A DNA stretch of 64,000 nt from positions 212,042,001-212,106,000 of the forward strand of contig NC_086097.1 of assembly GCF_963921235.1 (NCBI RefSeq), in the 5' to 3' direction. Below the pieces are notes generated by a model. It saw only the letters and a list, made by a program, of their open reading frames with translations, did no database searches and was not told where the DNA came from. The first letter of the stretch is position 1; each line of letters begins with the position of its first letter. Of the stretch, positions 1-12,760 are shown in pieces. This DNA is from Mobula hypostoma (lineage: Eukaryota). Both the position numbers and the translations under genes were made by a program.

Positions 1-790
1 AACAACCCACGTCGCAATTCGCCACTGAACCCCCCACTCCCTTCAATAGCTGGTTGCCCAGCGACCGGAGCCGACACCAGTCGTTGCCGGAGCAGCGTGC
101 GCGTGCCAGTTGCTGCCTGTTTCCGTGACGCGCTTCCTTCCTGCGTCTCGAGTCACGTCACGAGACGGTGCTACAGTCAGACTGAGAGGAGGAAGATTCG
201 ACGTCGACTCGGTCTGTTCGCTTGTCCGCATTTCAACTCAGGTGAGGCCGTCACCCGCTGTTCTTATTCTACATGAATTTCTGTGTTAATGTGGCGGGGA
301 TCAGTCGGTTCGGAAAGCAGTCGTACCAAGCGGGGGTCTGGCTGCACGGCGAAAGACAGGGTTAAATAACGCTTTTCCCCTGGCAGCGGGAATTGCGGGC
401 CTTTAATTTGAGTATGGGGATCCGGCAACCTCCGAACGCGGGGATCCCGGGCGGCTCCTGCCCTAGGCCCGCCGAATGCGGGGGTCCCGGGCTCCTCGCG
501 GCGCGGCCCGCCCCGCCCCGCTCCGCTCAAGTCGGGGTCCCGGGAATCTCCCGCGCTGCCTCGCCGAATGCGGGGGGTCCTGGCTATCGCTGGCCCCGCT
601 GTAGGTGGGGTCCCGGGAATCTTCGACAGCGCCAAATGCGGAGTCCCGGTAGCGCCCCCCCCCCCCAAATCAGCCCTACATATCTCTGACGTCACCGGCA
701 AGGAAGCGGATGCACCGCTATTGCTGCTGCTGTAACTGAACTGAAAGCAATCCGTAAGCGGGCCAGGCCGTACCTGAAGACGCTCATTAA
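1..790 (+). promoter_or_regulatory. SDCBP: CpG-island promoter region of SDCBP
   Basis: GC- and CpG-rich stretch in an otherwise AT-rich, CpG-depleted window. It contains ETS-like TTCC cores (~121-141), CRE-like TCACGTCA (153-160), a GC box CCGCCCCGCCCC (~508-521) and a perfect CRE TGACGTCA (687-694). Confidence 0.8.
150..241 (+). other. SDCBP: Putative non-coding exon 1 of SDCBP (start approximate)
   Basis: Strong donor CAG|GTGAGG at 241/242 inside the CpG island. The first coding exon has its own acceptor upstream of the ATG, so an upstream UTR exon is needed. Confidence 0.65.
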
Positions 791-1416
791 AAGACCAGGG
801 TTACGGAGAGGGGTAACCTGACAATTGCGGAACATTGCTTAGATAGAGACTATGAGGTAGATAAAGAGGTTATTCACGCTTGTTTGAAACAAAATGTAAA
901 CAATTTGAGGCTCAAGATGCTGAAGCTTGAGATTTTATCGCGTTTCGCAGTAGCATTGTAGGCTACAGGTAGGACTTGATGAGAAGATATGAATAATAGC
1001 AGCGAGCGAGAGCAACTTGAGTTTGCATTATACGCCAGTTGCAATGTGTAGCGAAGTTATAACCTTAACCTTTATTTGTTTTTCCTGGTTAAAGGATTCA
1101 ATCACTCGTGAAAATAGTGTATGCTTAGTTGTAGCTGGATTTTGAATCTCCCTTGGTTTTGAGGTCATGTTAGGGAAAAGTATTGACCATATTTCCTTCA
1201 ATAGGTAAAATAGATTGTGTTGTCATAAAGCTGTGGCAAATCTACATGTACACTATAATGCAAAATATTTGGGGATTGTTTTAACTTTGGAAGGGGAAGA
1301 GAATATATTAGTACAGGTAAACAACAGGAATTCTGCAGATGCTGGAAATTCAAGCAACACACATAAAAGTTGCTGGTGAGCGCAGCAGGTCAGGCAGCAT
1401 CTCTAGGAAGAGGTAC

Positions 1417-1452
1417 ATTCGACGTTTCAGGCCGAGACCCTTCGTTAGGACT
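1417..1452 (-). ncRNA. Minimal hammerhead ribozyme motif, second arm (degenerate)
   Basis: Reverse complement reads AGTC-CTAACGA-agggtctcggcct-GAAACGTC-GAAT. The core has a G>A change (CUAACGA) while the ACGT helix III is intact. Confidence 0.7.
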
Positions 1453-4400
1453 AACTGAAGGAAGAGTTAGTAAGAGATTTGAAAGTGGGACGGGGAGGGG
1501 GAGATGGAGATCCAAAATGATAGGAACAGACAGGAGGGGGAGGGATGGAGCCAAGAGCTGGACAGGTGATTGGCAAAGGGTATATGAGAGGATCATGGGA
1601 CAGGAGGTCCGGGGAGAAAGACAAGGTGGGGGCGGAAACCCAGAGGATGGGCAAGGGGTATAGTCAGAGGGACAGAGGGAGAAAAAGGAGAGAGAGAGAG
1701 AAAGACTGTATATAAATAAATAACGGATGGGGTACGAGGGGGAGGTGGGGCATTAGCGGAAGTTAGAGAAGTCAATGTTCATGCCATCAGGTTGGAGGCT
1801 ACCCAGACGGAATATAAGGTGTTGTTCCTCCAACCTGAGTGTGCCTTCATCTTTACAGTAGAGGAAGCCATGATAGACGTGTCAGAATGGGAATGGGATG
1901 TGGAATTAAAATGTGTGGCCACTGGGAGATCCCGCTTTCTCTGGCGGACAGAGCGTAGGTGTTCAGCAAAGCGGTCTCCCAGTCTGCATCGGGTCTTGCC
2001 AATATATAGAAGGCCACATGGGGAGCACTGGACGCAGTGTATCACCCCAGCCGACTCACAGGTGAAGTGTCGCCTCACCTGGAAGGACTGTCTGGGGCCC
2101 TGAATGGTGGTAAGGGAGGAAGTGTAAGGGCATGTGTAGCACTTGTTCCGCTTACAAGGATAAGTGCCAGGAGGGAGATCAGTGGGGAGGGATGGGGGGG
2201 GGGGAATGAATGGACAAGGGAGTCACGTAGGGAGCGATCCCTGCGGAAAGCGGGGGAGGGAAAGATGTGCCTAGTGGTGGGATTCCATTGGAGGTGGCAG
2301 AAGTTACGGAGAATAATATGTTGGACCTGGAGGCTGGTGGGGTGGTAGGTGAGGACCAGGAGAACCCTATTCTTAGTGGGGTGGCAGGAGGATGGAGTGA
2401 GAGCAGATGTGCGTGAAATGGGGGAGATGTGTTTGAGAGCAGAGTTGATGGTGGAGGAAGGGAAGCCCCTTTCTTTAAAAAAGGAAGACATCTCCCTCGT
2501 CCTGGAATGAAAAGCCTCATCCTGAGAGCAGATGCGGCGGAGACGGAGGAATTGCGAGAAGCAGATGGCATTTTTGCAACAGACAGGGTGAGAAGAGGAA
2601 TAGTCAAGATAGCTGTTAGGGTCAGTAGGCTTATAGCAGACATCAGTGGATAAGCTGTCTCCAGAGATGGAGACAGAAAGATCTAAAAAGGGGAGGGAGG
2701 TGTCGGAAATGGACCAGGTAAACTTGAGGGCAGGGTGAAAGTTGGAGGCAAAGTTAATAAAGTCAACAAGCTCAGCATGCGTGCAGGTTCCCACACCTCA
2801 CACTTCCCGTTTCTACCTCCTACCCAAGATCCACAAACCTGCCTGCCCTGGCAGACCTGTTGTCTCAGCTTGCTCCTGCCCCACCGAACTCGTTTCTGCA
2901 TACCTGGACACGGTTTTATCCCCCCTTGTTCAATCCCTTCCTACCTATGTTCGTGACACTTCTCACGCTCTTAAACTTTTCGATGATTTTAAGTTCCCTG
3001 GCCCCCAACGCTTTATTTTCACCATGGATGTCCAGTCCTTATATACTTCCATCCCCCATCAGGAAGGTCTCAAAGCTCTCCGCTTCTTTTTGGATTCCAG
3101 ACCTAATCAGTTCCTCTCTACCACCACTCTGCTCCGTCTAGCGGAATTAGTCCTTACTCTTAATAATTTCTCCTTTGGCTCCTCCCACTTCCTCCAAACT
3201 AAAGGTGTAGCTATGGGCACCCGTATGGGTCCTAGCTATGCCTGCCTTTTTGTTGGCTTTGTGGAACAATCTATCTTCCATACCTATTCTGGTATCTGTC
3301 CCTCACTTTTCCTTCGCTACATCGACGACTGCATTGGTGCTGCTTCCTGCACGCATGCTGAGCTCGTTGACTTCATTAACTTTGCCTCCAACTTTCACTC
3401 TGCCCTCAAGTTTACCTGGTCCATTTCCGACACCTCCCTCCCCTTTCTAGATCTTTCTGTCTCCATCTCTGTCTGGAGTCAGCTTATCCACTGATGTCTA
3501 CTATAAGCCTACTGACTCTCACAGCTATCTGGACAATTCCTCTTCTCACCCTGTCTGTTGCAAAAATGCCATCCGCTTCTCACAATTCCTCCGTCTCCGC
3601 CATATCTGCTGTCAGGATGAGGCTTTTCATTCCAGGATGCGGGAGATGTCTTCCTTTTTTAAAGAAAGGGGCTTCCCTTCCTCCACCATCAACTCTGCTC
3701 TCAAACACATCTCCCCCATTTCACGCACATCTGCTCTCACTCCATCCTCCTGCCACCCCACTAAGAATAGGGTTCCCCTGGTCCTCACCTACCACCCCAC
3801 CAGCCTCCGGGTCCAACATATTATTCTCCGTAACTTCCACCACCTCCAACGGGATCCCACCACTAGGCACATCTTTCCCTCCCCCCGCCCCCCGCAGGGA
3901 TCACTCCCTACGTGACTCCCTTGTCCATTCATCCCCCCCATCCCTCCCCACTGATCTCCCTCCTGGCACTTATCCTTGTAAGCAGAACAAGTGCTACACA
4001 TGCCCTTACACTTCCTCCCTCACCACCATTCAGGGCCCCAGACAGTCCTTCCAGGTGAGGCGACACTTCACCTGTGAGTCGGCTGGGGTGATATACTGCG
4101 TCCGGTGCTTCTGATGTGGCCTTCTATATATTGGTGAGACCCGACGCAGACTGGGAGACCGCTTTGCTGAACACCTAGGCTCTGTCTGCCAGAGAAAGCA
4201 GGATCTCCCAGTGGCCACACATTTTAATTCCACATCCCATTCCCATTCTGACATGTCTATCCACGGCCTCCTCTACTGTAAAGATGAAGCCACACTCAGG
4301 TTGGAGGAACAACACCTTATATTCCGTCTGGGTAGCCTCCAACCTGATGGCATGAACACTGACTTCTCTAACTTCCGCTAATGCCCCACCTCCCCCTCGT

Positions 4401-4679
4401 ACCCCATCCGTTATTTATTTTTATACACACATTCTTTCTCTCTCTCTCTCCTTTTTCTCCCTCTGTCCCTCTGTCTATACCCCTTGCCCATCTTCTGGTT
4501 TCTCCCCCCCCCCCCCGTCTTTCTTCCCGGAACTCCTGTCCCATGATCCTCTCATATCCCTTTTGCCAATCACCTGTCCAGCTCTTGGCTCCATCCCTCC
4601 TCCTCCTGTCTTCTCCTATCATTTTGGATCTCCCCCTCCCCTCCCACTTACAAATCTCTTACTAATTCTTCCTTCAGTT

Positions 4680-4715
4680 AGTCCTGACGAAGGGTCTCGG
4701 CCTGAAATGTCGACT
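4680..4715 (+). ncRNA. Minimal type I hammerhead ribozyme motif in the PLE 3' tail (degenerate)
   Basis: AGTC-CTGACGA-aGGGtctcggCCT-GAAA-tg-TC-GACT: core CUGANGA/GAAA/UH with helix I AGTC/GACT. The helix III palindrome ACGT is altered to ATGT. Confidence 0.75.
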
Positions 4716-6286
4716 GTACCTCTTCCTAGAGATGCTGCCTGGCCTGCTGCATTCACCAGCAACTTTGATGTGTGTTGATATTAGTACAGGTTGTAGTTTT
4801 GATAACATTGTGTTTTCTATTTGTGAGAAATCGGTTTATCTTTTGATGTGTCTCAATGCTAAAGATACATAACATTTTGGTATGATGACTTGGCAAAACA
4901 TTTTCTATAGGTGATGTCATCTGAAAATGTGCTTCTATAAATATCCATTCCACCTTCTGCCATCACCCAGAGAAAAGATCAATTTGAGCCTGATGCAGCC
5001 TAATGGCAAGCTTTCATTTTTAATTATTTTCCCTTGGCAATCCTTGGCTGCCAAGCAATGATAATATTTTACATGTGGGGTATGTCCTAACCGGGCTTAA
5101 TGGTATGACTGCATTGTTCTGAGGTAATAATAGACTGAATCTTCCCCACTCCCAGCTGTGGTTTAACCATTCCAATCTAATGTTTTCAACATGAAATATT
5201 CCTTATGGTAATTTTTATGGATGCTTATCATATGCAGTATTGCAGTGTTTTTATATATGGAATAGGATTCTATTCCATTGTATCTGCTGCTGAGGAAAAA
5301 CTGCCTGTATTTTTCCATACCATGCTCTACTGATCCACCTAGTTGAAATAATTAAAAGTGTAATATTCATTGTTATTTGAAGTTGATATTCTTGTTTTTG
5401 CTCTGTTACCTCACATTGGATTATCCTACACAGTATTGATTTGTTGTTGCACTGTTAGTCTTGGGGTCTTGCTGAATGCACCTGCTTGCCTGCACACTGC
5501 TGTACCAGGAAACCCGATCCTACCCCCTGTCTACCGTGCTGCACTGTTGTTCAGTAAGCTTGTATCCTATAGAAATTTGTGGTTTTAGGGAGAGCTGAGC
5601 AGCTAAATGGGGAGACACCAGCTTCAATCACATACAATGGAGCTGTAGAATATGGTAGTTCTTTCAACACATTGGACCAGCCACTACTAGTCCCAGGCAG
5701 TGCCAGCTAGGATGCAGTCCTGAGCCCCACATCTCACCAATGAATAGCTACGCTGTTTGCCCAACACCAGCACTCAAAGGGTAAAGATCATTTCATTCTA
5801 AGCAGGGGGATGATACGATTATTTCATCACTGTGGGATTGCCAGTTGTGGGCAGGGCACCAGCACAGCAATGTACTCATTCCTAGTGCTAAATGAGATAT
5901 AGTTGTAAATTCCCTCTAAGTAATAGACTACCTTTTCTTTTTTATTCCTCCATTGCTACAACTTTTTTTTACCTGAAGTTTCCTTTGTTCCAGATCTAGT
6001 AGCTTGCTACGTCTTCCTTCAGTGTGTTTTTGGATTTCTAAGCCTTGTTTACTGAAATATTTCTCTTAAACCACTGGACTTGCCTTTCAAGTCCAGTTCT
6101 GAACAAGTACTGGTCATCTTCGGTATTCTCTTTTGTGGCCTTTAGGTAACGCCTGTAGGCAGTAATCAACCCTAGTGTCATTGCTACATTTAAGTGTTTG
6201 TTTCTTATATTTTCTTTTTGCATTGAGAACTTGGTCCTTCTGGATGTGCACACAGAAGACACTACTAAGCAAGAAGACTTTCATGT

Positions 6287-9200
6287 ATAACCATATAAAA
6301 ATTACAGCACGGAAACAGGCCATCTTGGCCCTTCTAGTCCATGCCGAACTCTTACTCTCACCTAGTCCCAGCGACCTGCACTCAGCCCATAACCCTCCAT
6401 TCCTTTCCTGTCCATATGGCTGTCCAATTTAACTTTAAACGACAACGTCGAACCTGCCTCAACCACTTCTGCTGGAAGCTCGTTCCACACAGCTACCACT
6501 CTCTGAGTAAAGAAGTTCCTCCTCATGTTACCCCTAAACTTTTGCCCTTTAACTTGCAACTCATGTCCTCTTGTTTGAATCTCCCCCACTCTCAGTGGAA
6601 AAAGCCCATCCACGTCAACTCTATCTATCCCCCTCATAATTTTAAATACCTCTATCAAGTCCCCCCTCAACCTTCTACGTTCCAAAGAATGAAGACCCAA
6701 CTTGTTTAACCTTTCTCTGTAACTTAGGTGATGAAACCCAGGTAACATTCTAGTAAATCTTCTCTGTACTCTCTCTATTTTGTTGACATCTTTCCTATAA
6801 TTCGGTGACCAAAACTGTACACAATACTCCAAATTTGGCCTCACCAATGCCTTGTACAATTTCAACAGTACATCCCAACTCCTATACTCAATGCTCTGAT
6901 TTATAAAGGCCAGCATACTAAAAGCTTTCTTCACCATCCTATCCACATGAGATTACACCTTCAGAGAACTATACACCATTATTCCCAGATCCCTCTGTTC
7001 TACTGCATTCTTCATTGCCCGACCATTTACCAGGTATGTCCTATTTTGAATAGTCCTACCAAATTGTAGCACCTCACATTTATCAGCATTAAACTCCATC
7101 TGACATCTTTCAGCCCACTCGTCTAACTGGCCTGAATCTCTCTGCAAGCTTTGAAAACCTACTTCATTATCCACAACTCTACCTATCTTAGTATCATCTG
7201 CATACTTACTCATCCAATTTACCACCCCATCATCCAGATCATTAATGTATATGAGAAACAACATTGGACCCAGTACAGATCCCTGAGGCACACCACTAAT
7301 CACCGGCCTCCAATCTGACAAACAGTTATCCCCCACTACTCTCTGGCGTCTCCCATCCAGCCACTGCTGAATCTATTTTACTACTTCGATATTAATACCT
7401 AACGATTGAACCTTCCTAACTAACCTTCTGTGTGGAATCTAGTCAAAGGCCTTACTGAAGTCCATATAGACAACATCCACCATTTTACCCTCGTCAACTT
7501 TCCTAGTAACCTCTTCAAAAAATTCAATAAGATTTGTCAAACATGACCTTCTACTCACAAATCGAGGTTGACTGTTCCTAATCAGAACCAGTCTATCCAG
7601 ATAATTATATATACCATCTCTAAGAATATTTTCCATCAATTTACCCACCACTGACGTCAAACTCCCAGGCCGATAATTGCTAGGTTTACTCTTAGAACCC
7701 TTTTTAAACAATGGAACAACATAAGCAATACGCCAATCCTCCGGCACCATCCCCATTTCCAATGACATTTGAAATATTTCTGTCAGAGCCCCTGCTATTT
7801 CCACACTAACTTCTCTCAAGGTCCTAGGGAATATCTTGTCCGGACCCAGAGACTTATCCATTTTTATATTCCTTAAAAGCACCAGTACTACTACTTCTTT
7901 AATCATCATCGTTTCCATAACCTCCCTACCTGTTTCCCTTATCTTACACAATTCAATATCCTTCTCCTTAGTGAATACCGCAGAAAAGAAATTGTTCAGA
8001 ATCTCCTCCATCTCTTTTGGCTCCACACATATCTGTCCACTCTGATTCTCTAAGGGACCAATTTCATCCCTCACTATCCTTTTGCTATTAATATAACTGT
8101 AGAAACCCTTGGGATTTATTTTCACCTTACTTGCCAAAGCAACCTCATATCTTCTTTTAGCTTTTCTAATTTCTTTCTTAAGATTCTTTTTACATTCTTT
8201 ATATTCCTTGAGCACCTCATTTACTCCATGCTTCCTACATTTATTGTAGATATCTCTTTTTTCCGAACCAAGTTTCCAATATCCCTTGAAAACCATGGCT
8301 CTCTCAAAATTTTAACCTTTCCTTTCAACCTAACGGGAACATAAAGATTTTGTACCCTCAAAATTTCACCTTTAAATGACCTCCATTTCTCTATTACATT
8401 CTTCTCATAAAACAAATTGTCCTAATCCACTCCTTCTAAATCCTTTCGCATCTCCTCAAAGTTAACCTTTCTCCAATCTAAAATCTTAACCCTGGGTCCA
8501 GACCTATCCTTCTCCATAATTATATTGAAACTAATAGCTTTGTGATCACTGGACCCAAAGTGCTCCCCAACACAAACCTCCGTCACCTGCCCTGTCTCAT
8601 TCCCTAACAGGAGATTCAACACTGCCTCTTCTCTAGTTGGTACCTCTATGTATTGCTGCAAAAAACTATCCTGCACACATTTTACAAATTCCAAACCATC
8701 CAGCCCTTTTACAGTATGGGCAGCAAAATTAAAATCTCCCACAATCACAACTTTGTGCTTACTACAAATATCTGCTATCTCCTTACAAATTTGCTCCTCC
8801 AATTCTTGCTCCCCATTTGGTGGTCTATAATACACCCCCATAAGTGTTACTACACCTTTCCCATTCCTCAATTCCACCCAAATTGCCTCCCTAGAGGAGC
8901 CCTCTAATCTATCCTGCCAGAGCACCGCTGTAATATTTTCTCTGACAAGCAGTGCAACACCTCCCCCTCTTGTCCCTCCGATTCTATCGCACCTGAAGCA
9001 ATTAAATCCAGGAATATTTAGTTGCCAATCATACCCCTCCCGTAGCAATGTTTCACTAATAGCTACAACATCATACTTCCAGGTATCAATCCATGCTTTA
9101 AGCTCATCCATCTTTCTTATAATGCTCCTAGCATTAAAATAAATGCATTTAAGAAATTTTCCACCTCTTACTCTCTGTTTATCACAAATGGTGCAAACAA

Positions 9201-10522
9201 CTTTACTATTTTCTTTTTCTTCCTTCTCCCCTACATCTGTTCCTACACTCTGTTTCCCTTCCCCCCTTGTATCTAGTTTAAATCCACCGGAGCCTCTCTA
9301 GCAAACCTACCATCAAGAATATTTGTCTCCCTTCAGTTCAGGTGTAAACCGTCTCGCCGGAAGAGGTCTCACCTTCCCTGGAAAACTGTCCAATTATCTA
9401 TAAATCTCAAGCCCGCCCTCCTTCACCATGTCTTCAGCCACGTGTTGATCTGCGCTATTTCTAAACCCGCCTGCACGTGGCACTGGTAGCAATCCTGAGA
9501 TTGCTATCCTGGAGGTCCTGTCCTTTTAACTTGGCACCTAACTCCCTAAACTCACCTTTCAGGACCTCCTCACTCTTCCTACCCACGTCATTGGTCCCTA
9601 CATGGACCATGACATCCGGCTGCTCACCCTCGAGAATACCGAGAACTCGATCTGAGATATCACAAGACAAAGGAGCAGAAGTAGGCCATTCAGCCCATCG
9701 AGTCTGCTCCACAGCTCCCCCATGAGCTAAACTATTCACCCATCTAGTTCCAATTTCCGGCTTTTTTCCCATATCCCTTGATACCTTGACTAATTAGATA
9801 CCTGTCAATCTCCTTAAACACCCTCAATGATCAGGCCTCCACAGCCATATGTGACAACGAATTCCACAAATCCACGACCCTCTGGCTAAAAAAATTTCTC
9901 CTCATCTCTGTTTGAACTGGGTACCCTCTAATTCTAAGACTATGGCCTCTTGTCCTGGAGTCACCCACCAAGGGAAACAACCTTTCCACATCTACTCTGT
10001 CCAACCCTTTCAACATTCGAAACGTTTCTATGAGATCCCCTCTCATTCTTCTATACTCTAATGAATACAATCCAAGAGCCGACAGACGCTTGGCACCAGG
10101 GAGGCAACAGACCATCCGAGATTCTTGATCTCTTCCACAGAACCTCTTATCTGTCCCCCTAACTATCGAATCCCCTATCACTACTGCTCTCCCCCTTTCC
10201 CTCCTTCCCTTCTGAGTTGAGGGTTCCATCACGGTGCCAGAGATGCAACCACTGCAACTTGTTCCTGGTAGGTTGTCCCCATCAACAGTATCCAAAACGA
10301 TGTACTTATTATTGATGGGAACGGCCACAGGGGTGCTCTGCTCCTTCTGTCTATTCCCCTTCCCTCTCCTGACAGTTACCCAGCTACCTGTCTCCTGACT
10401 CTTAGGGTGACTATCTCCCTGTAACTCCTGTCTATTTCTGCCTCTGCCTCCTGAATGATCCAGAGTTCATCCAGCTCCAGCTCCAGTTCCCTAACTCGGT
10501 TTGTCAGAAGCTGCAGCTGGAT
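6287..10522 (-). mobile_element. CR1-clade LINE, near full length, decayed (ORF1 coiled-coil + SGNH esterase; ORF2 APE endonuclease + RT)
   Basis: ORF fragments [57 protein letters not shown] and [15 protein letters not shown]; 3' tail near 6290. Confidence 0.93.
9662..10090 (-). mobile_element. 3' fragment of a second CR1 family nested in ORF1 of the 6287-10522 element
   Basis: [17 protein letters not shown]...FFSQRVVDLWN interrupts the esterase reading CCLPGA|...DISDRV. Confidence 0.85.
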
Positions 10523-11129
10523 GTACATATTCTAATCGTAACAGTTTTAACCTCTCAGGTACTTGATTCCTTTGCCTTTGTTCAATAACCCTGCTTTCCA
10601 AATATCACATTTTGCATGAGTCATAGCATTCTCCATTTTTAATAAGGGACAACAAAACCATCATGTTTGACTGATGTGAATCTCCCCAGTCATCTTGACA
10701 ACTACAAGTGATAGAGTTAGACTGACTATTGTGCCTGCTGCCTGTTTGAATTGTGTATTTTGGCCATGTTTTTACAGAATTTAAACCACGTACAAATCCC
10801 ATGCTGATTCTTGCCCATTTGCAAACTACTATGGAATGATTTTTAGATTGAACCTGATAGATTGTAGATTGAGCTATTGTAAGCATAGAACTGGTGCTTA
10901 GCTTTGTTTTGACTTTGTTTTCTATGCATTTAAACCCTGAGAGCTCTTTGTGTGAAAATGTATGAATTAGGAGCTGGAGCTGGCCACTTGATTCCGTAAA
11001 GTATGCACCAGTATTCAAAAGGATCGTAGATCATCTGACTGACAAGTTTGCATTACTACTTATTCATGTAGCCATTCACCACCTTGCTTATCACTGATTT
11101 TTCCAATTTGCCTCTGACAGAGAGTTCTG

Positions 11130-11815
11130 AAGACCCTGTCAGGTGATATTTAAAACAAAATCTTGTCTCTATCTCACATCAGTGACCCTTCATTTTTAAT
11201 TTGCCACCCCTAGTTCCAGATTCTTTTACAAGAGCAAACATCTGCACATTCCCCTTGACAGTATCCATTGGAATCTTCTATTTTTAATCAAGTTCCCTCT
11301 CACTCTTCTAAACACCAGCAGGTAAAGGCTTGGCCTGCTCAATCTTTCCATATAAGAACACTTGCCTGTTCCAGGTTTTCGTTTAGTAAGCTACTTAAAA
11401 TTACTTCCACTGCACTAATATCCATCCTTTAATAGGGAAATCATTACTGTACACAGAGCTTGAACTGTTGTGCTATCCTTTGCCTTTCCAACTGAAGTCT
11501 AACCTTTTTACTTTTGTGTTCACCTCCCTAATAATGATAGCGTTCTGTTATCTTTTTTAATTACTTGTTTACACCTGCATACTGGCCATTTGGGAATTGA
11601 GTACTAGAACATCTGGATCCCTCAGCAGCAGAGAACTCTTCAATCTCTCACAGTTTAGATTTTCTCCCCTGCAAAAATGGGCAACTTCACAGTTTCTCAT
11701 TGTCCATTTGCTAGATTTCTGCCCACTTGTGTAACTTTTATAGCCTTCTATTGTCCTGTTCACAGCTTGCTTTCCTGGCTAATATTGTGTCATGAATAAA
11801 TTTAGCATCCATGCC
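11130..11815 (-). mobile_element. Old CR1 3' fragment
   Basis: Degenerate reverse-strand CR1 RT C-terminal sequence (NCEVAHF..RDPDVLV). Confidence 0.6.
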
Positions 11816-11854
11816 TTCATTTGGTTCTGGGATCCCTCCTCTTTGTGATTTTTA

Positions 11855-12760
11855 TAAATTACTTTGATGAGGAAGTAGAAGGGTGGGTTAGTAAGTTTGC
11901 TGATGACACCAAAGTTGGTGGTGGTGTGAAGAGTCTGGAGGGTTGTCATGGGTTACAGTGGGATGCAGAACTGGGCTGAGAGGTGGCAGATGGAGCTCAA
12001 CCCGGTTAAGTGTGAAGTGGTTCATTTCAGTAGGTCAAATTTGAAGACAATATAGTATTAATGCAGTGTGGAGGATCAGTGAGATCTTGGGGTCTGCGTC
12101 CATAGGACACTCAAAGCTGCTGCTCAGGTTGACAGTGTTGTTAAGAAGGTGGATGATGTGATGGCCTTCAACCAAGTTCAAGAGCCATGAGGTAATGTTA
12201 AATCTATATAAGACCTTAGTTAAACCCCACTTGGAGTACTGTGCTCAGTTCTGGTCACCTTACTACAGGAAGGATGTGGATACTATAGAGAGAGTGCAGG
12301 GGAGATGTACAAGGTTGTTGCCTGAATTGGAGAGCATGCATTGTGAGAATAGGTTATGTGAACTTGGCCTTTTCTCCTTTGAGCGACAGAGGATGAGAGG
12401 CGACCTGTTAGAGGTGTACAAGATGATGAGAGGCATTGATTGTGTTGTTAACCAGAGGCTTTTCCCCAGGGCTGAAATGGCTAACATGAGGGGGCATAGT
12501 TTTAAGGTGCTTGGAAGTAGGTATAAGGGGGATGTCAGAGGTAAGTTTTTCCACACAGAGTGTGGGTGCATGGAATGCATTGCCAGCAGTAGAGGCAGAT
12601 ACAATAGGGTCTTTTAAGAGACTCTTGCAATGGTACATGGAGCTTAGAAAAACAGATGGCTATGGTGTAGGGAAATTCTAGGCAGTTTCTAGAGTAGGTT
12701 ACATGGTTGGCACAACATTGTGGGCCAAAGGACTTGTAATGTGCTGTGATTTTTATGTTC
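11855..12760 (+). mobile_element. CR1 LINE 3' fragment
   Basis: [29 protein letters not shown] and RMRGDL, followed by a 3' tail. Confidence 0.88.

Larger units (their letters stand above)
1319..4777. mobile_element. Penelope-like retroelement (RT + Cys-rich linker + GIY-YIG; Neptune-like), fold-back insertion: - strand copy 1319-2787 and + strand copy 2788-4777
   Basis: PLE RT motifs FYLLPKIHK, GRPVVS, DVQSLYTSI, GVAMG and YIDD (ORF 2742..3494). Linker CKQNKCYTC. GIY-YIG region VIYCVRC..LYIGET..RLGDRFAEH. Both copies carry frameshifts or stops. ATATTAGTACAGGT is duplicated at 1305-1318 and 4778-4791. Confidence 0.92.

Noticed and set aside
43..701. ORFs of 62-145 aa in the CpG island
   Set aside because: Low-complexity Pro/Gly/Arg-rich translations expected from GC-rich DNA; no recognisable domain.
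1319..4777. Inverted repeat as an assembly artefact
   Set aside because: The arms differ by many independent substitutions and indels, and the block is bounded by a 14-bp TSD.
9831..10328. 165-aa ORF fusing an esterase motif to an RT C-terminus as a novel protein
   Set aside because: Chance in-frame junction created by a CR1 3' fragment nested in another CR1's ORF1.
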